A stretch of DNA of 63,529 nucleotides, the filler included, from Lenisia limosa (Eukaryota; Protista; Breviatea): assembly GCA_001655205.1 (NCBI GenBank). It is 12 parts of 12 records of this genome, joined end to end, with 100 filler letters (N's around TTAATTAATTAA, not from the genome) between each part and the next. Parts side by side here need not be neighbours in the genome. Positions count along the whole stretch, not along the records: positions 51,891 to 58,250 come from LPNZ01004943.1; positions 58,351 to 61,129 come from LPNZ01011414.1; positions 61,230 to 62,421 come from LPNZ01000943.1; positions 62,522 to 63,529 come from LPNZ01003480.1; 8 more parts are not named here. One strand, written 5' to 3'. Below the pieces are notes generated by a model that did no database searches, had not been told where the DNA came from, and worked only from the letters and a program-made list of their open reading frames with translations. Shown here piece after piece: positions 54,745 through 63,529 of the stretch. How positions within the stretch are numbered: the stretch's first letter is position 1; the number at the start of each line of letters is the position of its first letter. The position numbers and the translations under genes are program-made.

Positions 54745-55598
54745 ATGGTTCGCTCATTTTTGGTGGGTTTCCTTATAATGTTTTTAGATTCGATACTTCT
54801 TGATACAGAATCGCCAGGGTAAAACAAGGCTTGCTAAGTGGTACATCCCATTAGAGGTTGGTCATGGAAAACGATTTCATTGCGGATTATTATGAAGAGA
54901 CTCTCGTGCTTTACCGGCCTAGGATCATGAAAAGAGAACCACACAGATTGAAAACTGGAAGACCATTGTAAACAGAGACCGTTCCCTGGCTTCTGTTGTT
55001 GAGGTGGGTATTTTTGTTTTGGCTCAAGTCCCGCTGTTCTGTTCATACAAGTTTGCTTATCCATTAAGGGTCAAAACAGCAAAATTGTGTACCGCAAGTA
55101 CGCCGCTCTCTACTTCACTATTTCCTGTGATCTTGAAGACAATGACCTTCTGATGCTTGAGACTATCCATCTCTTCGTTTGTTCTGCGCTACCCTTTTCG
55201 GTTCTAACTGCGTTCCAGGTCGAGATTCTTGACTCTTATTTCGGAAACGTTTGTGAATTGGATCTCGTTTTCCAATTCTTCAAGGTGGGATGCTGATTAT
55301 TGGCAACATATAAAATAGCCTTCCTTCCCCTTTTCCTCCAGCAAAAATAACAGGAGAAATACTAGTAATCCTTATCACCATATAGAAATGGTTTATAAGC
55401 TTCATTTGATCTGTCAGAGTCGGGGTGTTTTCCTAGTAATCAATAATTGTATTTGTGTAATAACTTGGTTATTTCCCGCGATTGTTGACAGAGAAGGTGT
55501 TTGCTGCCCTCGATGAAGTGATTGTCGGAGGAGAGGTGATGGAAACTAACATCAATACGATTTTGAAGCGGTTGCGGCTACTTGAAAAAATGGATTAA
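54745..55598 (+). CDS. AP2S1: AP-2 complex sigma subunit (adaptin small chain), first exon is ATG only
   Basis: M|[73 protein letters not shown]; stop TAA at 55596-55598. The N-terminus and CELDLVF..KV fit AP-2 better than AP-1/3/4 sigma. Confidence 0.85.
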
Positions 55599-55896
55599 GT
55601 TGCATTTCGTTCTCTTTGTTTCTTTGTTCGCCCACTAAGATGACTCTGGGCTTTTTTTGCCGTTTCTTCTCGTTATTTATGTTGCAAAAATGCATCTGAT
55701 TTCCAGATGGTTCCAAAATTGGTTAAGAAAAGCAAGAAGTACATTATACAATAAAAAAGCAGATCCTTCGCTTAAATAGTTAGTCAGTCCTTTAGTTCTG
55801 GTACTGTCCGTGGACATGGCAAATTGAGTGCGTTAACTCCAGTTTACTCATCCTCCTTATGTTCTAAAGGGTGAGTGTTTGGACGAGGCTTGGTAA

Positions 55897-56287
55897 TTAT
55901 CGCAACCAAGTCATAAAGGATGAAAACAAGTCACAATGCAAACTTGGTGAATCGATTGGGTTGAGTTGACTCATGTAAACACAAATCCACCTAGAATGTC
56001 ATCTCAAAGAATCCAGTGATGCCAATAAATGGAGCTTAATGGAGCTTAATATACATACATACCACGGCCAAACTCTTCTTAAACACCCTTATATCTAAAA
56101 TCACGGCTAATTCCACCTACATAAGCCAGAAGCAGAAAGAGCCAAGCCATAGACTTAAGCGATAGAGTCTTGAAGGTTACACAAAACAAAAATCGATCCC
56201 TCACCCTTGATCTTCGATTGAAGGGAATTTGATAAACGAGAATATCAAAGGGAGAATGATGAATACAGCAGTAGCAGTCAAAATCAT
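55897..56287 (-). CDS. ATP6V0E: V-type ATPase V0 subunit e (Vma9-like); 3' end approximate
   Basis: Small two-TM protein MILTATAVFIILPLIFSF...GLYRLSLWLGSFCFWLMWICVYMSQLNP. The FWLMW...SQLNP motif is characteristic of subunit e. Confidence 0.8.
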
Positions 56288-56650
56288 TTTAATCTAAGAG
56301 TAGAATACTTCAAAATATTCCTAAAAACTTTATAATAGTGCAAATACGAACGGTTAAGCGTCGCAGAAAGGCTTATTTCCAAAAGCAAATTTGCCTTAAA
56401 ATGCACGGCCCGGCTTTCCGTATAACTCAACAGATTTTGAATTTTTAAGGCCTGCTTTGAACGTAATAAAAGGCTAAATTACATCTTATTAAGATATTGC
56501 ACATTGAAGGTTTTGTAGTTGTTCTGTCTTTGAAGGAAGGTTTGAAAGACGGCGTATTTTCTCCATTCTTGGCTTTGCAATAACTTATTTCTGACCAAAA
56601 ACACTAGGAAAGGGAAGCAGTTTCTGCTTTGCGCTTGTGTAGTACTTAGA

Positions 56651-57981
56651 ATGTCTTTTCTTTTTGGAAAGAAGGCGAAGTCGCCACCTGATCTTGTTCG
56701 TTTAACAAAGGAAGCTTTATTGGTAGTCTCTTCTGGCGAAGGAACCAAGAAAAAGAAGGACTATGAAAAGGTTATTCGGTTTATCCTAATTTTAATAACC
56801 TCTAATTAGGCTGTGGAAGAAATTTCCAAGTATATCATTGCTATGAAGAACATCCTGTACGGAGAAGGTGAGTTTGGATGATGTTGTTGTCCTTCTAATT
56901 CCCCTTTTCCAGGCGAAGCCGACCCTAGCCCTGACCTTGTAACTCAACTTGCAAACGAAGTGTATTCCAATGATTTGCTGTCCCTATTTATCAACAATTT
57001 GTCTTACCTTGAATTTGAGGTGAGCTTTTGGGCTCTTCTTGATGCCAACCGGTGGTTTATTGTGATCAAATGGGCATTTGAGTCCTTGGACGGGACTAAG
57101 ACCGCAGCAGAGGCTTACTATCCAGGCCAGAAAAGACGTAGCATCAGTCTACAACAACCTCCTTCGTCGTAAGATCGGTACTCGCGAACCTACTGTGGAA
57201 TATCTCGCGCGCAACACACACATTCTTCAGACTCTCCTTCAGGGGTTTGTGGGGTGGTGGCGCTTGGTTATCAACACCATAGATTAATTTGTGGAGTGTC
57301 GTCTACATACTCGTATCATCATCTCGTATAACAATGATGGTGGGATAACAATGATGGTGGGGTACGGATTTGTTGAGACCATTCTGTTTTATTTTATATT
57401 TCATATTTCAGCTTCATTTTTAGCAATAAAAATATAATACACTATTCACAGAAATCGGAGCTTGTAGTCGTGAGAGTGCGGAATCAACATTTATTCATGT
57501 GTCCCAACTAAGTGGTTCAAAATTGACTACCAATTTAATATTTCCTGGCATAAAGTGGGCGAACTTTTCCAGTTACCTTGAATTGTGGCGTTGAATGTCG
57601 TTTTCTGGGTGTTTTTCTTTGTGTACAGTCAACCGCCGGATCTCTATTATCTTTTGGGCAAGGGATGACGGCTTCGTGTTCTTTGGCTGGTGCAATATAT
57701 TTGTGTATTCCAGGAGTATCTGTTGTTTCAGGTCCAGAGTGTAATCCACCAGAGCCTTCTCGTACTTATCCTTGACAAATGATGTCCAGGATAATTTTGT
57801 GGCAGTAATATAGGTCTTTTCCGCTGAGTATGACTTAACACCAGTGATGTCACTGACCCCCCCCCCTCCCCAGGTACGAGTCCCAGGGAATTGCACTTCC
57901 CTGTGGCTCCATGGCCAGAGAAAGCCTGAAGCACGAGACCCTCGCAGCCGCAATCTTCACTCAGCCCGATATTGCTTTTAA
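56651..57981 (+). CDS. CAB39: MO25/CAB39 kinase scaffold, 3' truncated by contig end
   Basis: [80 protein letters not shown]. Confidence 0.95.
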
Positions 57982-57997
57982 GTTGGAGGGCGAAGGG

Positions 57998-58096
57998 TGG
58001 AGCTTCACTTCGGTTCATAAAAAGACTGAATTTCTCGATAAATCCCGAAAATTATCGATATTGTACCGGTATTTTTCGAACCGGAGTGAAGCCCAT
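57998..58096. mobile_element. hAT-type MITE in MO25 intron
   Basis: TIRs plus TSD GCGAAGGG / GGGAAGGG (7/8). Confidence 0.88.
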
Positions 58097-58144
58097 GGGA
58101 AGGGGTTACTTGGGATGGTTTGATATAAGAGGTACTCCAAAGAA

Positions 58145-58222
58145 CAGTGACTGGGATAAGTCTCGACCGATCTGCTATGTGATATACCAAGGAAAATCGG
58201 TCAAGACTTATCCTAGTCACTG
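58145..58222. mobile_element. CAGTG-ended MITE, copy 4
   Basis: CAGTGACTGGGATAAGTCTCGACCGAT ... ATCGGTCAAGACTTATCCTAGTCACTG, near-perfect 27-bp TIR. Confidence 0.8.
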
Positions 58223-58939
58223 CAAACCATAAAAAAACACTGTGCAGAGANNNNNNNNNNNNNNNNNNNNNNNNNNNNNNNNNNNNNNNNNNNNTTAATT
58301 AATTAANNNNNNNNNNNNNNNNNNNNNNNNNNNNNNNNNNNNNNNNNNNNCTAAAAAATGGACAGTTTTGTATTATATCAGTGCATACCATATATCATAT
58401 ATATACACAATTATATAGATATATTACTATATATAGCTACATGTATATAATATATGCTCGAGGTCCTAAACTATGTCGTTAATTCGAATTATTGTCTCTT
58501 TTTCATGTTAGTCAACTTCACAACAATTTAACTCGTAAAAAAAGGACATATCATCATATGGGGAAAATGCGAGCAAAAACTAAAAACCAATTGCTCGAGC
58601 GTGGCGCTAAAAAATTAAATTTTCGCGATAAAGTTTGATCTTGCAAAAAAGAATAATTGAAAGGTTATTGTTTCTTTGTTTCACTTCATAAACAAATAAA
58701 GTGTGTAGATCTCAGAAATATATTACTGTTTTGAAGGGGAATAGCTGATTTTGCCGTAATAAATAACGACATTAGAATTAACGACATAGTTTTGGACCTT
58801 GAGCATATTATAATACATGTGACTTTGTTTTAAAAAATCAAAATCAAATATAGCCAAATGTATCCCCAGTTTAATTTTTATTGATGAAAAACTAAACCGA
58901 AATCCAACAAAAGCCAAAGCAAGCCTACTGGTCGTCGTC

Positions 58940-61109
58940 CTCTTGCTCTACTAGCGAAATGGCGGGGTCGGAAGCTGCAGGGTATTAAATTGGGGGAAGG
59001 GGGCTCCATATTACATAAAGATTAGGCAAAACAGATCCATTTCCGCAAACGTGTCAAGATTATCACGGATATTGTACATATCTTCAGTCAAAGACTTATC
59101 GATCCTACCTGAGCATTGAGGGCATTGAGGGATAACAGAAGGCAGCCATTGACAGTTGGAGACCCAGAGCGCTGTCTGTACTGAGAGGTCTAGGATTTCG
59201 TGCTAAATGGAGTGAAAATGGAAAATCTATGAATGATTAAACAAAAGAGAGAAACAAGAATCATCATCTTCTGTGGGGAACCCCCCACCATGGTATCACT
59301 TCGGGCCACACGTCGGCGCAACTCTGGATTGGCGCGATCGCAAGATCCCCCCGAAAGGCACGTGATAATATCCACAGCCGCGCCGGGGTAGAGCAAGACA
59401 GTCAGGGTAATGAAGCGGGTAAATAGCTCCCGGGCCGGGCCAGATCCCTCCGCCGCCAGCTTTAGGCCCGGGTTGAGCGCCTTTTTACCGACGGTGCCGG
59501 AAGCCGGCACGGTTTTGAAGACTCGTTGGGCAGTGTCGGGACAGATACATGGGGAGGACAAGCCGAAAAGCTGGGAGAGTTGTGCGTGGAGAGTGACTGG
59601 GTTGCGCGTGAATTCTGATGTCAGGTCCGACCTAGAGGGGGGGGGGGNNNNNNNNNNNNNNNNNNNNNNNNNNNNNNNNNNNNNNNNNNNNNNNNNNNNN
59701 NNNNNNNNNNNNNNNNNNNNNNNNNNNNNNNNNNNNNNNNNNNNNNNNNNNNNNNNNAAAAACTATAAATAAATCTGTTAACCATCACCAACCGATTACA
59801 AATCTGTTAACCATCACCAACCGATCAACAGTTGACAAGGTAGCCTCAAGATCAGCAGGGCTGTCACAGGCCACCTCCAGAATATCGTGGATGGAGATGA
59901 CAGTTTTGACTTGGGTCGGCTCTGTCGGCTCCGGGATAGCACTGGGGGAATTATAGAAAAATGGGGAAATAAAAAGGTTATATTTCATACAGGTTTATAT
60001 GGAGCTGAGGCACGCAGAAAGCTGTGTGCACAGAGTTGTAAGGCAAATGATATTGGGTGAATTAATACAATACTATTATTCAATATCTCTAATAAGCGTG
60101 ATGGTGTGGACGGTTACGGTCAGATACAACCTTATTATATATTTCTCACTGCTATTTGGTGGGGTGGGGGTGGGGGGGGTAATAAAAATGCCCAAATCAA
60201 TTCAGTAAAACGATATTTCGATGAAGAAAATTGGCGTAANNNNNNNNNNNNNNNNNNNNNNNNNNNNNNNNNNNNNNNNNNNNNNNNNNNNNNNNNNNNN
60301 NNNNNNNNNNNNNNNNNNNNNNNNNNNNNNNNNNNNNNNNNNNNNNNNNNNNNNNNNNNNNNNNNNNNNNNNNNNNNNNNNNNNNNNNNNNNNNNNNNNN
60401 NNNNNCAAAAGAACACACAGAAACAAAAACAAGCTCGAGCCAGCCTTTGAAGAGTCGAAAACATGGAACATAGCTATAAGAAGCAACCCCCTCCCCCACG
60501 ATGCAGCGTCACGCAGGATTTCGAGTGGTTCACGGAGGGCAATATTTAGCGCGCTGATCTCAGAAATATTACCGCCTGCATCGGGCTGTTTCTGTGGGGT
60601 GAAAACTGTAAATTGATGAAACAAACACAACCAAAAACCCAACTAATGGGTACTACTACTTTTGATGAAAAAAAAAAAAATGAAAAAATAACAGACCAAA
60701 ACCGAAAAACTCAAAATATCAAAGAGAAACGAGCAAAAAACTCAAAATATATCAAAGAGAAACGAGCGAAAAACTCAAAATATCAAAGAGAAACGAGCGA
60801 AAAACTCAAAATATCAAAGAGAAACGAGAGAAAAACTCAAAATATCAAAGAGAAACAAGCGAAAAACTCACAAAATTGAACACACAATACCCCCCCTCCC
60901 ACTCCTTGAAGCCACTTTTTCACAAGTTCAGAAAGTCGGAAGTCTTCCGAGCCAAGTGTGTCGATAATAGTTCCTCCGAGGGCCGAAGGAACCCGAATAT
61001 CCGGCATTATCTGGTCCTCCGGGTCTGCCGGAGCCGGAGAAGCCGCTTCACTAACCTCATTATTTGGAACTTCGCTATCCGGTCCCTGAAGAACTGTCTG
61101 AACCACGGT
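58940..61109 (-). CDS. Uncharacterised multi-exon gene (partial)
   Basis: Exons 60903-61109, 60498-60587, 59823-59945 and 59292-59630 join in frame (…KWLQG|KQPDAGG…RDAAS|AIPEPT…TVDR|SDLTSEF…). The 3' end is unresolved. Confidence 0.55.
60704..60875. repeat. 31-bp minisatellite, about 5.4 copies, intronic
   Basis: GAAAAACTCAAAATATCAAAGAGAAACGAGC repeated head to tail. Confidence 0.95.
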
Positions 61110-61377
61110 GTTATGCGTGCGTTGAGTGANNNNNNNNNNNNNNNNNNNNNNNNNNNNNNNNNNNNNNNNNNNNTTAATTAATTAANNNNNNNNNNNNNNN
61201 NNNNNNNNNNNNNNNNNNNNNNNNNNNNNCCAGCGTACGGAGGGGTTTAATTAGGGTAAAATAAGGGGGGGAGGGGATTGACAGTACAGCTGAAAAAATA
61301 TCAGCGTATTTATAAGTAATAATGGGTTTATACAAGCGTCTAATTAAAAACAGTAATAAGATGATGCTGTACTAAAC

Positions 61378-62215
61378 CAGGACAGCCCACTTTTCCCCCT
61401 TGTGAGCGAATCGCGACTTGACTTCGGCAATGAACAGCTTGCCTCTAAAACGGTCAAAAAAAAAGTCATGTTATTATTTTTTTTTTTGTGGGGGGGGGGG
61501 GGNNNNNNNNNNNNNNNNNNNNNNNNNNNNNNNNNNNNNNNNNNNNNNNNNNNNNNNNNNNNNNNNNNNNNNNNNNNNNNNNNNNNNNNNNNNNNNNNNN
61601 NNNNNNNNNNNNNNNNNNNNNNNNNNNNNNNNNNNNNNNNNNNNNNNNNNNNNNNNNNNNNNNNNNNNNNNNNNNNNNNNNNNNNNNNNNNNNCGGTTCT
61701 AAAAGATATTCCCCATTTGTTTATTTTCATAAAGCCGCCCAAAAAGCACATACTAACGACAGTTATTGTCATAAAGCCGCTCAAAAGCACATACAGACAA
61801 CAATTATTGTCGCATAACCCCCAGTATGATATATCGCATACTTGGGTATACCAAGATAATCTTGTAGTATGTGTACGGCTTCACTTCGGTTCGAAAAAGA
61901 CCGGTAAAATATTGATAGTTTTTGGGAATTTACCGACAAATATTTCATCAAAACCCCTACTCCACTATACCTTACCTCTAGGGCTTCACTTCGGCTCGAA
62001 AAAAGTCCGAATTTCTCGATAAATCCTCAATGTTTTCACGGTTTTTTCCGAAACGACATGAAGTCCTACTACCTCTTACTTCAACCCTTCTTACTTCCTC
62101 CCCCTCACTCGTCTTTCAATATTCTCCGAGCCTGCTTGAGGGCACCAGTCATATTAGTTGACATGAGGGAGAGGCAGAAGACAGCCACTCCCACGGACTT
62201 GTCTGAAAGGGGAAC
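61378..62215 (-). CDS. RRP8: RRP8/nucleomethylin rRNA methyltransferase, two exons visible
   Basis: Exons 62109-62215 and 61378-61444 give [48 protein letters not shown], matching RRP8 [21 protein letters not shown]...AEVSSRF. Confidence 0.85.
61874..62068. mobile_element. Two adjacent hAT-type MITE copies in RRP8 intron (partial 61874-~61945, full 61979-62068)
   Basis: Both start with the family left TIR (TACGGCTTCACTTCGG / TAGGGCTTCACTTCGG); the second ends GAAGTCCTA. Confidence 0.75.
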
Positions 62216-62634
62216 CTGGGAAATGTCAGATTGTTGAGGGGGAGTTTTACACCCGGGGGAACTAACGTGTGATTTACAAGTATAGCTCTGGAAAAGGGCA
62301 AACTAGTACCACGCCATTCTTTCAACTTACTATCAACAATAATAATATTCCCTTTCTCTGATTCTAATTCCTCAATTAAGCGTGGCACCAAAAGGGTATA
62401 ACTGAGTTAAGCATAATGATGNNNNNNNNNNNNNNNNNNNNNNNNNNNNNNNNNNNNNNNNNNNNTTAATTAATTAANNNNNNNNNNNNNNNNNNNNNNN
62501 NNNNNNNNNNNNNNNNNNNNNGTAATAGTGTATGGGAGGGGGAGTGGTTAACATATGGGAGATGGGGGAGGAAGTTACTGGCTACAACTTTTATTCTTGA
62601 TCCGTTTATTTCGACATACCTGTGATCTTGTTAG

Positions 62635-63373
62635 GATATCGAAAACGACAAACTCCGATTCGAAATGGAGAAAGAACGATCGCGACAACTGAAAGTGAGA
62701 GGGCTCTAAAGACGGTGTGTGTGTACAGAGTTATTGGGCAAAAATGATTGGGTGAATTAGTATTATTTGTTTATAATCCAATATCTCTTATAATAAGCGT
62801 ATTGATGGGGACGGCTTCGATCAGATACCACTTCTTTTTTTTCGCATCTCTACATATTATAGGACGCTCACTCTTGGTACTCTTTTTATCATTATTGTGT
62901 GACATATTATTGTATAGTGTTAGATTTTGCTTTAACTTGTAGTTTTCTTCAGTCTTTCCTTAGTCTTTAGTTACAAAAAGAGAAGGATGCTCGATTGCAG
63001 AACAAAGACTCACGTCCATGGAGTATTGAAGTGAGAGTCTGTTAATCTTGCTTCAGCAATTCCCCCACGAACTGAATTTTCTGAAAATAAGGGAGGATTA
63101 GCTTCTTCGACAATGTTTTTGTGATTTTAAATACATAAAATCTGGGAATACAAGAAATACGCTTGGGGAGGCCAAATTCCCCTCAATTTTTTTTTTTTTT
63201 GAGCAAGAGTAATAATGTGCATTATAAATCTGGGAAACAAAAAAAATACATAGGGATCCCAAAAACCAAATTCCCTCACAGTTATTTCACTGTTTCAGGA
63301 AGACAGGTGGTTATTGCGGACGGCTGCTTCACTCAACAAAGACAGTCCTGACTTTTGGAAGAAACTTGCTCTG
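62635..63373 (+). CDS. Exons of an uncharacterised gene (partial)
   Basis: Phase-0 exons DIENDKLRFEMEKERSRQLK, DARLQNKDSRPWSIE, EDRWLLRTAASLNKDSPDFWKKLAL with canonical borders. Confidence 0.5.
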
Positions 63374-63529
63374 GTGAGGAGGGGATTCCGTTTTCTCTTT
63401 CTTCTACACTACATTCAGCTCCCATACCAATAAGGTTTGGCCACATGCCCAGAATCCGGATCTTTTGGGAGGGACGAGACAAGGGGCAATTCCACAAGTC
63501 AATGTGACATCCTTATTTTGCAAAACGCA

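Noticed and set aside
59420-59480. HECT-like GxGPxRE motif (AEGSGPARELF) on the minus strand
   Set aside because: No other HECT motifs or catalytic Cys context visible; too short to support.
60704-60875. CRISPR-like array
   Set aside because: Head-to-tail repeats with no spacers, in a eukaryotic intron.
19811-61817. Many ORF-track entries spanning X runs
   Set aside because: They are open only because N gaps translate as X; mostly intronic repeat sequence.

Overview
Intron-rich, AT-rich eukaryotic (protist-like) genomic DNA read with the standard genetic code. The window is not one locus: it is 12 sequence pieces joined by 11 artificial 100-nt linkers (44 N + TTAATTAATTAA + 44 N), plus about 35 ordinary assembly gaps that mostly abut G/C homopolymers. 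By manual exon assembly I recognise Rab7, glutathione reductase, a PH-less AGC kinase, an ankyrin-repeat protein, DPH4, a CEP104-like gene, an SLC52-like transporter, an Sfi1-like repeat protein, a soluble-type adenylyl cyclase, an LRR protein, AP-2 sigma, V-ATPase subunit e, MO25 and RRP8, plus several uncharacterised multi-exon genes. The longer introns carry at least five dispersed repeat families: a hAT-type MITE with verified 8-bp target-site duplications, a CAGTG-ended MITE, a TTAA-flanked piggyBac-like foldback, and two non-TIR modules. The strongest leads are (1) a repeat whose C-tract end sits at splice junctions in both orientations (introner-like), (2) G-tract/C-tract symmetric intron ends, and (3) an intronless AT-rich contig encoding a virus-like fibre protein with a C1q/BclA-like head. 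All homology calls come from motif recognition by eye, with no database search. Gene boundaries, especially starts and exons inside gaps, are approximate.
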